From: an uncultured bacterium
GTDB taxonomy: Bacteria > Omnitrophota > Gorgyraeia > Ghiorseimicrobiales > Ghiorseimicrobiaceae
Length of the DNA: 64,000 nt
Direction of reading: 5' to 3'
Assembly (NCBI GenBank): GCA_913009335.1
Contig: CAJVXN010000004.1
Span: forward strand, 2,349-66,348
The notes under the pieces were generated by a model. The model saw only the letters and a program-made list of their open reading frames with translations. It was not told the origin of the DNA and ran no database searches. Positions 37,627-46,735 of this stretch are shown piece after piece. How positions within the stretch are numbered: position 1 is the first letter of the stretch; each line of letters begins with the position of its first letter. The position numbers were made by a program, and so were the translations under genes.

Positions 37627-38412
37627 TTATGTTCCAACTCTGACGCTATTAAAAATCTGCTTAAGTGTTGCAATGGCTGAAAGCACTGCCAAATAACTTG
37701 TCTTCGGATTAGCCGGTGTCGGGACATTTTCTGTACGGGTCAATATTTTGCCTGCGGATGAAATAATTTCGATTTCATGCATATTACGCCTGTATTCAGG
37801 CGAAGCAATGATACGCACAACAATATTTTTAACACCTCCTGCGGCCAAGCTTAAAGCTACGGCAACATTAATATTTTTAGGAAACTTCTTTACAGCCTCT
37901 TTAACACTACCCTTAAAAATCATTGTTTCTTTTTTAATATTAGAAAAACGCTCCGGCAATGATCTAGGCGGTTTGCGCGTAGTAAGCGTAATACTTTTAA
38001 TATTCGATAGCGATAACGCTTTAAGTCCATCCAAGCCGCAAATTGCCCCTGAAGGAAGATACACAGAAACTCCTTTTTTCCGGGCATAAGAAAAAATCTT
38101 CTCCTTACCTAACAACCCCCCCACGCTCATAACCAAAATATCACAATCAGACGATATGGCTTTTTTAGCTATTTCTGCAGAGACAGCCGCTGAAGCTGCC
38201 TCAATGATAAAATCACTTTTCTTAATCAAACTACCCAAGTTAAGATTTGGCACATTTTTTCTTAATTTTGCTTGTAGTTTTCGAATAGCATCTGGATTGC
38301 TATCACAGATACCTATCAGGCGCGCGTTTTTGGCAAATTTAGTCTCAATAGTTTTAGCAATAATAGAGCCAATCGCCCCACAACCAACTATACCAACCTT
38401 TAATTTTTTCAT
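37627..38412 (-). CDS. Aspartate dehydrogenase-like (NadX family) protein. The ORF track extends to 38436.
   Basis: MKKLKVGIVGCGAIGS Rossmann N-terminus, about 260 aa, with the architecture of L-aspartate dehydrogenase / DUF108. Confidence 0.5.
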   Translation of the reverse strand: MKKLKVGIVGCGAIGSIIAKTIETKFAKNARLIGICDSNPDAIRKLQAKLRKNVPNLNLGSLIKKSDFIIEAASAAVSAEIAKKAISSDCDILVMSVGGLLGKEKIFSYARKKGVSVYLPSGAICGLDGLKALSLSNIKSITLTTRKPPRSLPERFSNIKKETMIFKGSVKEAVKKFPKNINVAVALSLAAGGVKNIVVRIIASPEYRRNMHEIEIISSAGKILTRTENVPTPANPKTSYLAVLSAIATLKQIFNSVRVGT

Positions 38413-38420
38413 AATAAGAG

Positions 38421-38515
38421 TAAATTCTAAAAACAAAATACTAAATCCTAAATAAATTCTAATTCCTAAATTATAAACAAAAAAATCTTTTATTTTGGTT
38501 TAACATTTTGAAATT
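38421..38515 (-). repeat. Copy 1 of a ~95 bp duplicated leader/promoter element (upstream of the nadX-like gene)
   Basis: About 85% identical to 39801-39891. On the minus strand it carries TATAAT followed by three ~18 bp direct repeats (TTTAGGAATTAGAATTTA / TTTAGGATTTAGTATTTTG / TTTTAGAATTTA). Confidence 0.6.
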
Positions 38516-39794
38516 ATTTAGAATTTCGAGTTTTAAATTTCGAATTTATTATTATATTATCGATTAAACGCGTCTTTCCAAACCAGGCAGCAATCACTAT
38601 CAAAACTTTACCGGAAATTTTATTCACCTTATTTAAAATTTGAGCATCAACTATATCAACATACTCAATACGCACTGTTTTTTTATTCTTTATTTTTTTT
38701 GAAATAGCAGAAATTATTGTCTTACTGCTTCGCTCCCCCTTTTTAATCAATGCCTTTGCATAAAGAAGGCTTGCGAAAAGTACCACGGCATCATTCCTCT
38801 GAAATTTATTTAGGTATTTATTCCGCGAGCTCATCGCCAATCCATCTGTTTCCCGCACTATCGGCATAATTTTTATTTTAACCGGCATATTTAAATCACA
38901 AACCATTTGCTCAATTACTCTTGTTTGCTGAGCATCCTTTTGCCCAAAATAGGCAAAATCCGGGGCAACGATATTAAATAATTTAGTCACAATTGTCGCA
39001 ACCCCCCTAAAATGATTCGGCCGCTTCATTCCACATAATCCGGAAGTTATCTCCTCAACATCAACATGGGTTAAATATCCTTTAGGGTAGATTTGTTTTG
39101 CAGCGGGATAAAAAACCGCATCTACACCTATTTGCTTGAGGAGCAACATATCTCTTCTAAAATCCTTAGGATATCTGGAAAAATCTTCCTTGGGTCCAAA
39201 TTGTGCAGGGTTAACAAAAATACTAACAATTACTTTATCGCAATCATTCTTTGCTTGTCTGATTAAAGATAAATGCCCAACGTGTAAATAGCCCATGGTA
39301 GGAACAAAACCTATTGTTTTGCCTTCTATGCGCGCATTTCTAACAAAAGCGCGCATTCTATCTATATTTTTTATAATTTTTGGCCTAAACATCTCCGGAG
39401 CAACATCAGAAAGCGGTTTTAACACAAAATTCCGCCTAAACATCCTGGGGTGAGGAATAGTGAGGGTCTTGGTCTTTATCCTCTCTGAACCAAAAAACAA
39501 TATATCTAAATCAATTACGCGAGGACCAAAACGAATAGTTTTTTTTCTTCCTAATTTTTTCTCAATAGATTTTAGATTTGTAAGGAGTCTTTGTGGGGAA
39601 ATATCGACCCCAAGGCGTATTACGCCATTAAGAAAATCTGGCTGATTTTTAATACCCTCGGGACTGGTAGAATAAAGCCTGGAAATTTTATTGATTTTGA
39701 CTCCCCTGACTTTAGAAAGTTGCGTTAGTGCTCGCTTAATATTCTTATACCTATTACCTAAATTAGAACCAATTCCTATAAAACAAACTGTCAT
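38514..39794 (-). CDS. Bifunctional fusion of 6-hydroxymethyl-7,8-dihydropterin pyrophosphokinase (FolK) and pantoate--beta-alanine ligase (PanC)
   Basis: The N-terminal ~160 aa are HPPK (CFIGIGSNLGNR...FGPRVIDLDIL). The C-terminal ~270 aa are PanC (FVPTMGYLHVGHLSLIRQA...VSIFVNPAQFGPKEDFSRYPKD). Confidence 0.8.
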   Translation of the reverse strand: MTVCFIGIGSNLGNRYKNIKRALTQLSKVRGVKINKISRLYSTSPEGIKNQPDFLNGVIRLGVDISPQRLLTNLKSIEKKLGRKKTIRFGPRVIDLDILFFGSERIKTKTLTIPHPRMFRRNFVLKPLSDVAPEMFRPKIIKNIDRMRAFVRNARIEGKTIGFVPTMGYLHVGHLSLIRQAKNDCDKVIVSIFVNPAQFGPKEDFSRYPKDFRRDMLLLKQIGVDAVFYPAAKQIYPKGYLTHVDVEEITSGLCGMKRPNHFRGVATIVTKLFNIVAPDFAYFGQKDAQQTRVIEQMVCDLNMPVKIKIMPIVRETDGLAMSSRNKYLNKFQRNDAVVLFASLLYAKALIKKGERSSKTIISAISKKIKNKKTVRIEYVDIVDAQILNKVNKISGKVLIVIAAWFGKTRLIDNIIINSKFKTRNSK

Positions 39795-39800
39795 AATATT

Positions 39801-39891
39801 AAAATTCTAAAACCGAAATACCAAATTCTAAATAAATTCTAATTCCGAAATTATAAACAAAAAATATTTTGGGATTTAACATTTTAAATTT
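39801..39891 (-). repeat. Copy 2 of the ~95 bp duplicated leader/promoter element (upstream of folK-panC)
   Basis: ctaaataaattctaattccgaaattataaacaaaaaatattttgggatttaacattttaaattt aligns with copy 1 with only a few substitutions. Confidence 0.6.
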
Positions 39892-39922
39892 ATTTCGTAT
39901 TTCTAATTTTGAAATTAGGATT

Positions 39923-41089
39923 TTATATTACTTTTTTAAATCTCACAATAGCTTCTTTGATCCTATCCTCGTTTGCCGTTAAGGCCATTCTTACATACCC
40001 TTCACCTGAATCTCCAAAACCACATCCGGGAGTAACTACAATATGCGCGCGAGTAAGCAGCATCTTAGCAAACTTTATAGAAGATTTATGTTTTTTAGGT
40101 AGTCTTGCCCAGACATAAAACGTCGCCTTCGGTTTGTCAACCTGCCAACCCAGATCATTTAAACCATCAATTAGCAAATCCCTTCTTTGGGAATATAACC
40201 TACACATCGCATCTACGTATTCCTGCGGGCCGGAAAGGGCCTCGACCGCTGCAATCTGAATAGCCGAGAAAATACCCGAATCCATATTAGCCTTTACCTT
40301 AGCAAGCCCGGCAACTATTTTCTGATTACCGCATACCCACCCGATTCTCCATCCGGTCATATTGTAAGTCTTAGATAAAGAATGAAATTCTACCCCTACA
40401 TCTTTAGCACCTGCCACCTCTAAAAAACTAGGTGGCTTATATCCGTCAAAATTTATTTCTGAATATGCAGTATCATGCAAAACTATAATATTATGCTTTT
40501 TTGCAAAACGCACTACATCTTTATAAAAAGAAATAGTAGCAACCGCTGATGTAGGATTATTAGGATAATTCAAGAATAAGAACTTTGCCTTAGTAAGTAC
40601 TTTTTTAGGTATATGGCTAAAATCAGGTAAAAATTCATTCTCTTCTTTAAGAGGCAAAATATAAGGAATCCCCCCTGCTAGAATTGTACCACCTTTATAC
40701 GGCGGGTAACACGGGTCAGGGACCAAAGAATAATCCCCTTTATTTATAAAAGCTAAGGGGATATGAGATATACCCTCTTTAGACCCTATTAAGGGAAGGA
40801 TTTCTTTATCATGAGAAAGACTTACTTTGAATCTCCTCTTATACCATTTTTTTATCGCCTCTCTTAGAATATCCATGCCTTGATCCAAAGCATAATGATG
40901 ATTTTCCGGATCACGCGCCGCGGTATATAATTTTTCTATTATATGTTTAGGTGTGGGCTGATCCGGATCTCCGATTCCTAAATCCACTAAATCAGCGCCT
41001 TTCGCTCGCTCTTCTCTTTTTGCCTTATCTATTTGGGCAAAAAGATAAGGAGGAAGTTTATTTAACCGTTCAGAAAGCAATATTTTCAT
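39923..41089 (-). CDS. Class I aminotransferase, probably LL-diaminopimelate aminotransferase (DapL)
   Basis: 388 aa. N-terminus RLNKLPPYLFAQIDKAKREERAKGADLVDLGIGDPDQPTP. It lies in a dapA/B/F-lysA block that lacks dapD/C/E. Confidence 0.6.
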   Translation of the reverse strand: MKILLSERLNKLPPYLFAQIDKAKREERAKGADLVDLGIGDPDQPTPKHIIEKLYTAARDPENHHYALDQGMDILREAIKKWYKRRFKVSLSHDKEILPLIGSKEGISHIPLAFINKGDYSLVPDPCYPPYKGGTILAGGIPYILPLKEENEFLPDFSHIPKKVLTKAKFLFLNYPNNPTSAVATISFYKDVVRFAKKHNIIVLHDTAYSEINFDGYKPPSFLEVAGAKDVGVEFHSLSKTYNMTGWRIGWVCGNQKIVAGLAKVKANMDSGIFSAIQIAAVEALSGPQEYVDAMCRLYSQRRDLLIDGLNDLGWQVDKPKATFYVWARLPKKHKSSIKFAKMLLTRAHIVVTPGCGFGDSGEGYVRMALTANEDRIKEAIVRFKKVI

Positions 41090-41808
41090 TTATCTAACTC
41101 CAATACGTTGTCCATGCCATAGAGGCCGTTTTCCTTATTCACAATCCATTTTGCAGCAACAAGTGCACCACCCGCAAAGATATCACGGGTTTTAGCAGAA
41201 TGCGTTAGCGTTAGCGTATCAACATCACTAGATAAAACAATCTTGTGATCTCCAACTATTTCATCCTCACGAATAGATTCAATATTAGAGACTTTCTTGC
41301 CTGAATCTTCAATAATACGCGCTAATTCCTTTGCAGTCCCTGAAGGAGCATCTTTTTTATGCACATGGTGCGCCTCGGTAATATCTATATTATAACCATT
41401 AGATATTTTATTCATTACTCTTTTTAAAAGATCAAAAAGGATATTTACGCCCACAGACATGTTAGGCGAAAAAACTATTGCTGTTTTTTTAGAGGCCTGA
41501 ATTATCTTGGTTGTGTCATCTTTAGATAAACCGGTTGTGCCAACAATTACTTTCTTACCCAACTTTGCGGCTACATCCAGATGAGATACTGTTGCAGACG
41601 GTGAGGAAAATTCTATCAGGACATCGCAGTTTTTAATATCAGCTTCATTACTTGATAGATTAACTCCATCGCAGATAACTTCACCTATTTCAGGATGCCC
41701 GTCATACTCAAGAATAGAAACAATCTCTATATTATTATCTTCCTGCGCAAGGGCAATTATCCTCTTGCCCATCTTGCCTCTAGCACCACTTATTGCAAGT
41801 TTAATCAT
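41086..41808 (-). CDS. dapB: 4-hydroxy-tetrahydrodipicolinate reductase
   Basis: 240 aa. N-terminal NAD(P)-binding AISGARGKMGKRI and the conserved DapB C-terminal domain. Confidence 0.85.
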   Translation of the reverse strand: MIKLAISGARGKMGKRIIALAQEDNNIEIVSILEYDGHPEIGEVICDGVNLSSNEADIKNCDVLIEFSSPSATVSHLDVAAKLGKKVIVGTTGLSKDDTTKIIQASKKTAIVFSPNMSVGVNILFDLLKRVMNKISNGYNIDITEAHHVHKKDAPSGTAKELARIIEDSGKKVSNIESIREDEIVGDHKIVLSSDVDTLTLTHSAKTRDIFAGGALVAAKWIVNKENGLYGMDNVLELDK

Positions 41809-41809
41809 A

Positions 41810-42697
41810 CTATATCAACCTATAACTTTTAAGAGCCTTCTTAAGTTTAGCTAATCCTGCCTTGCTAATCGCACACATAGGCAATCTTAAATCAGGCGAA
41901 CACATTTTCATTAGCCCCATCGCTGTCTTAACAGGTATGGGATTTGTCTCAATAAACATACTCTTAACCAAGGAAAGCATTTTATGATGTAACTCTTTAG
42001 CCTTTCTTGTATCTTTCTTCGCAAATGCTACAATCAAAGCCTTTACATCTTTAGGTATTATATTCGCAACAACTGAAACCACCCCTACGCCTCCGATACT
42101 TAAAACAGGAAGCGTTAAGGCATCATCCCCTGAGAGCAAAGTAAAATCTCGCCCGCAGAGACTTATTGTGCGCGACATCTGATCAAGATTGCCCGATGCC
42201 TCTTTAATAGCTATAATATTTTTACAATCATTGGCAAGCCTTGCTGTTGTCACCGGATCAATATTAATGCCTGTACGCGATGCAATATTATAGAGCATTA
42301 TGGGAAATCCCGGCACAGACTTAGCAATTGCCTTAAAATGCAGATAGAGCCCTTCCTGTGTAGGCTTATTATAATAAGGAGAGACAAGTAATGAGCCGTC
42401 TGCCCCGGCTTTTTTGGCATGACGCGTAAGCATCACTGCCTCATCAGTTGAATTAGAACCCGTACCTGCGATAATAGGAATTCTTCCGTCTGAAGCCTTA
42501 ACACAAAGCTCAGTTACCCGTTCGTGTTCGGCATAATCAAGAGTTGCAGATTCTCCCGTGGTACCGGACGTAAGTATGGCATCCGTACCTGATTTTATAT
42601 GAAAATTAACTAATTTTTTTAATCTTTCTTCATCTATTTTTTTACCACCTTCGTAAAAAGGCGTAACCAATGCGACAATTGACCCTTTGAATATCAT
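41810..42697 (-). CDS. dapA: 4-hydroxy-tetrahydrodipicolinate synthase
   Basis: 295 aa. VALVTPF...TSGTTGESATL DapA signature. Confidence 0.9.
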   Translation of the reverse strand: MIFKGSIVALVTPFYEGGKKIDEERLKKLVNFHIKSGTDAILTSGTTGESATLDYAEHERVTELCVKASDGRIPIIAGTGSNSTDEAVMLTRHAKKAGADGSLLVSPYYNKPTQEGLYLHFKAIAKSVPGFPIMLYNIASRTGINIDPVTTARLANDCKNIIAIKEASGNLDQMSRTISLCGRDFTLLSGDDALTLPVLSIGGVGVVSVVANIIPKDVKALIVAFAKKDTRKAKELHHKMLSLVKSMFIETNPIPVKTAMGLMKMCSPDLRLPMCAISKAGLAKLKKALKSYRLI

Positions 42698-42863
42698 AAC
42701 CGCCCTCCCTTCGTCGTTCGCTTACGCTCCCTCCCCATACCCCGCCTTTGGCGGGGTCACGGTGTTCCTCGCTTACGCTCGTAACTGTCACCCCGCAGAA
42801 TAACTAAAAGCAAGCTATTCATTGAGGGGAAAAATTTTCCCCTCAAACTCCCTTTTGGTTCTT

Positions 42864-43721
42864 TCATGCCTTCTGTTTATTTCCTAAAAAAGAACCAACT
42901 CTACCAGAATAGACAATCTCTGCCTGCCCTGCCAGCCAAACATCCTCTATCGTACCGTATAAAATTTTAAAATAAACCGTTAATATCGCACCACTCTTAG
43001 TATGAACTTTTATCTTTTTACTGCTTGCGGGACGATAATCAAACCTGTACCCGATAGGGTATAACTTAATCCCTGCTATAATAGCAGATGCAGCAGAACC
43101 AGTACCACAGGCAAGAGTTTCATCTTCTACGCCGCGCTCATACGTACGCACCGCTATGTTATTTTTATTAATGATTTGGACAAAATCAACGTTTGTTCCG
43201 CGGGGTGCAAATTTTTTATTGAAACGTAAACTTTCCCCAATAGACTTAACATCAATTAAATCTGTCTTTTCAACTAGCACAACCGCATGTGGAACTCCCG
43301 TATCGATATAATTTACTTTTATAACTCTTTTATTTAAAGTTAATGAAAGATCAAGCTTTATATCTTTGGGATTGGTTAATTTTATCCTGACATTATTATT
43401 ATTTATTTCGGACTCTATTATACCGGCTATAGTCTCAAGCTTTATTCTTTTCTTTCTTCCAGCCGCATACAATGCGGCACATCGTGCTCCGTTACCGCAC
43501 ATCTCTGCCTCTGAACCATCGACATTAAATATACGCATACGAATATCGGCAATCTTAGATTTAGAAAGCAGAAGCAGTCCATCGGCCCCTACACCGTACT
43601 TTCTATCGCATATTTTCCTGGCAAGAGAACGCATACGCGCGGTAGATAATTTTAAATTATCGTTAAATACGATAAAATCATTACCGGCAGCAACCATCTT
43701 TGTAAATTTTATATTATTCAT
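42864..43721 (-). CDS. dapF: Diaminopimelate epimerase
   Basis: 285 aa. FTKMVAAGNDFIV and the catalytic cysteines (MCGNGARC, CGTGSAASA). Confidence 0.85.
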   Translation of the reverse strand: MNNIKFTKMVAAGNDFIVFNDNLKLSTARMRSLARKICDRKYGVGADGLLLLSKSKIADIRMRIFNVDGSEAEMCGNGARCAALYAAGRKKRIKLETIAGIIESEINNNNVRIKLTNPKDIKLDLSLTLNKRVIKVNYIDTGVPHAVVLVEKTDLIDVKSIGESLRFNKKFAPRGTNVDFVQIINKNNIAVRTYERGVEDETLACGTGSAASAIIAGIKLYPIGYRFDYRPASSKKIKVHTKSGAILTVYFKILYGTIEDVWLAGQAEIVYSGRVGSFLGNKQKA

Positions 43722-43875
43722 TTTTTAACCCAAAAAATGCATTTTTGCCTTCCCGTTTTTAGCGGGATCCGCTATAGGCATAATCGGACGCCTCTGGCGG
43801 GGTTAACCCCGCCAGCCGCAACAAGTTGCGGCGTGGCGGTCCTTTGGACAGATTTTGCTATTTCAAAATCTGGGT

Positions 43876-45147
43876 TTAAAATCCCAGAAGAAACGACGGT
43901 ATTATCTCATTACGTATCAAATCTTTTTGCCTCTCTCTCTTCCTGATTACAAACGCCTCATCTTTAAACACAAGTACTTCTTCAGCGCGCGTTCTGGAAT
44001 TATAATTGCTGGACATCGTAAATCCATATGCGCCGCATGAGAAAACTACCAGATAATCCCCTTCGGCCACCTTAGGCATGCCGCGCCCCTTAGCTAAGAA
44101 ATCCCCAGACTCACAAATAGGCCCGACAATATCATATTTAAGATGAATGTGATTCTTGCCATCTGTTCTAGTTAAAGGCGAAATATCATGATATGCCCCG
44201 TATAAACTGGGACGTATAAGATCATTCATCCCGCTATCAACAATGATAAAATTCTTAAGCGGCGTCTTCTTAACAAATAAAACCTTGGTAACAAGGATTC
44301 CGGAATTCCCCGCAATAAACCTTCCCGGTTCCATAATAATCTTCAGATTAGCCTGTCTTAATAAAGGAAGTACCTTCTTGCTAAATTCCCTTGCTGTCTG
44401 AGGAGTCTCTTTATCGTAGATAATGCCTAGACCGCCTCCGATATTAAGATATTTTAAATCTATCCCCTTCCTTGCCAACTGCCCAATAAATCTTACTACC
44501 TTCTCAAGAGCAGCTACATAGGGAGAACTTTGGGTTATCTGAGAACCAATATGAATATGTATACCGCAAATATCCAAATGCGGAAAATCATTCCTTGTTA
44601 AGAAAATAATTCTGGCAGTTTCAAAATCAATGCCGAATTTATTCGTAAGCTTGCCTGTAGTAATATAATGATGCGTCTTAGGCTCAACATCCGGATTAAT
44701 ACGTATGGCAACATTGGTCTTAACTGCCAAACGACAGGCAATTTTATTTATTAATTCAAGCTCCGGGATAGATTCTACGTTGAAAAATAAAATGCCGGCC
44801 TTAAGCGCTTGAGTTATCTCTTCTTCTGTCTTACCTACCGAGGCATAAACTATTTTTTTAGGATCAATGCCTGCTTTTTTTGCGCGGTATAGCTCACCAC
44901 CGGATACAATATCAAGCCCCGCCCCTTTATCCGCAAGCGCTTTTAGGATTGCAAGGTTTGAATTTGCTTTAACAGAGTAGCAAATAAGCGGATCAATTGA
45001 TTTAAAAGCATTTTTTAACTTTAGAAAATGATCAATCAATGTATGATAGCTGTAAATATAAAGCGGCGTACCAAAACGCTCTGCTAATTCCTGGACTTTT
45101 ACATCTTCACAGTAAAGATTATTACTCTTATAGTTAAATTTATGCAT
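43876..45147 (-). CDS. lysA: Diaminopimelate decarboxylase
   Basis: 423 aa. Fold III PLP decarboxylase: YSVKAN, GGGLGI, CESGD. Confidence 0.9.
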   Translation of the reverse strand: MHKFNYKSNNLYCEDVKVQELAERFGTPLYIYSYHTLIDHFLKLKNAFKSIDPLICYSVKANSNLAILKALADKGAGLDIVSGGELYRAKKAGIDPKKIVYASVGKTEEEITQALKAGILFFNVESIPELELINKIACRLAVKTNVAIRINPDVEPKTHHYITTGKLTNKFGIDFETARIIFLTRNDFPHLDICGIHIHIGSQITQSSPYVAALEKVVRFIGQLARKGIDLKYLNIGGGLGIIYDKETPQTAREFSKKVLPLLRQANLKIIMEPGRFIAGNSGILVTKVLFVKKTPLKNFIIVDSGMNDLIRPSLYGAYHDISPLTRTDGKNHIHLKYDIVGPICESGDFLAKGRGMPKVAEGDYLVVFSCGAYGFTMSSNYNSRTRAEEVLVFKDEAFVIRKRERQKDLIRNEIIPSFLLGF

Positions 45148-46507
45148 TTATTTTTGGCTTCCTCCTTGATATTGATTTTTTAGATTTTACGGCATATTCC
45201 GGATTCATTATTTTATTTATCACAATTATGTTTAAACCTTTATGAAATTTCTTAAGAATCGTATCTGGCATTTCCTTTATTTTAACTTTATTATCCTCAG
45301 AATAACGCACAAGTTTTCCAACAATATCATGCGCATCTTTAAAAGCAACGTTCTGATAGACAAGGTATTCTGCAAGCTCAGTTGCATACAAACTTTCATC
45401 CTCAAGAGCCTTCTTAACTGCCTGCTTATTAAGCTTTATACCCTTGATAAACTTAACCATAATACATAGCTCGTCTTTAATAGTATCAACTGATGAGAAT
45501 AACGGTTCCTTATCCATCTGCATATCCCGATTATAAGTAAGCGGCAGGCCTTTCATCGTAGTAAGAATTGAAACAAGATTTCCATATACCTTTCCGGTGC
45601 TACCCCGGACCAATTCCAAAAAATCAGGGTTCTTCTTATGCGGCATAAGAGAACTTCCTGTGCAAAATTCTTCCGGTAAGTCCAGAAAATTAAATTCTTT
45701 TGTCGAATAAAGAATAAAATCCTCCGACAACCTGGAAAGGTGCATTTGTAATATAGATAAAATACTTAAAAATTCAATTATAAAATCCCTATCACTTACA
45801 CTATCTAAAGAATTTTCTATCGTGTTTACGGCATTTTTAAATTTTTCACCTTTAAAAAATTCTTTTATCGCCTTATCATAATCGCTTACTTTTAAAGAAC
45901 TACCTGCTAAGGCACCCGCACCAATATATAAATTAATGCCGTCAATAAACTTCATAAGCCGCGTGCTGTCACGAAAGAACATGCCAGAAAAAGCTGATAT
46001 ATAATCCGATAATTTGACGACTTGAGCTTTTTGAGTATGCGTATATCCGACCATAAAAGAAGAAGGGTATTTCTTCGCAAGAAATTTTAGACTAGCTGAT
46101 AGACCAACTAAAAGCTTGGCAATATGCACCCCTGAATCAAGACAATACCACTTCGCATCGAAAACAATCTGGTCGTTCCTAGAACGCAAAGTATGCATCT
46201 TTAAAGCAAGCTTGCCAATATCTTTTTCTAGCCTGTTTTGAATTTCAGTATGAATATCTTCGCAAGCCTGATTTGGCTTAAATTTGCCTTTTCCAATTTG
46301 CTGTAAAATAGCATTTAAACTTAATATGATTTTTTTACACTCGCCAGTTTTTAAAATACCGCTATTTTTTAAGGCTATAGCGTGAATTATAGAATGATTA
46401 ATATCATACTCGGCTAATTTATAATCATACTGGATAGACTTTGAGAATTCCTCAAAATCCTTATCTATTTTTTTCTTAAATCGTCCACCCCATAACTTCT
46501 TTGCCAT
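45140..46507 (-). CDS. argH: Argininosuccinate lyase
   Basis: LWGGRF N-terminal motif, fumarate-lyase family. The start is placed at the ATG (46505-46507) preceded by GAAGGAGG. The ORF track extends to 46531. Confidence 0.9.
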   Translation of the reverse strand: MAKKLWGGRFKKKIDKDFEEFSKSIQYDYKLAEYDINHSIIHAIALKNSGILKTGECKKIILSLNAILQQIGKGKFKPNQACEDIHTEIQNRLEKDIGKLALKMHTLRSRNDQIVFDAKWYCLDSGVHIAKLLVGLSASLKFLAKKYPSSFMVGYTHTQKAQVVKLSDYISAFSGMFFRDSTRLMKFIDGINLYIGAGALAGSSLKVSDYDKAIKEFFKGEKFKNAVNTIENSLDSVSDRDFIIEFLSILSILQMHLSRLSEDFILYSTKEFNFLDLPEEFCTGSSLMPHKKNPDFLELVRGSTGKVYGNLVSILTTMKGLPLTYNRDMQMDKEPLFSSVDTIKDELCIMVKFIKGIKLNKQAVKKALEDESLYATELAEYLVYQNVAFKDAHDIVGKLVRYSEDNKVKIKEMPDTILKKFHKGLNIIVINKIMNPEYAVKSKKSISRRKPKINA

Positions 46508-46581
46508 TACTTCCTCCTTCAATGAGCACACAATTTACGGAATTTTAGTGAACGTAAAGTGTATGTGCGAATTGAGCCCAG

Positions 46582-46693
46582 CACTAATTTTATTGATAAT
46601 TCAAATCCATAAATAATACTATTTACCTCAACAATACGTTTACGTCTAATAACAATCTTTTTAATAAAATTAGTGCTGGGTAAATTCAACCCC
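46582..46693. repeat. MITE-like element: 18 bp perfect terminal inverted repeats flanking a 76 bp AT-rich core, between argG and argH
   Basis: CCCAGCACTAATTTTATT ... AATAAAATTAGTGCTGGG. Confidence 0.45.
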
Positions 46694-46735
46694 ATAAGTT
46701 ACGTCGGCTACTGCCTCCATAACTTATGGCTTCAT

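Noticed and set aside
43722-43875. Possible lysine riboswitch between lysA and dapF (AGAGGCG box, multiple GC stems)
   Set aside because: The spacer is only ~150 nt. I could not reconstruct the five-helix L-box architecture or its conserved motifs by eye. dapF is not a usual target. It is left as a generic structured element pending an Rfam scan.
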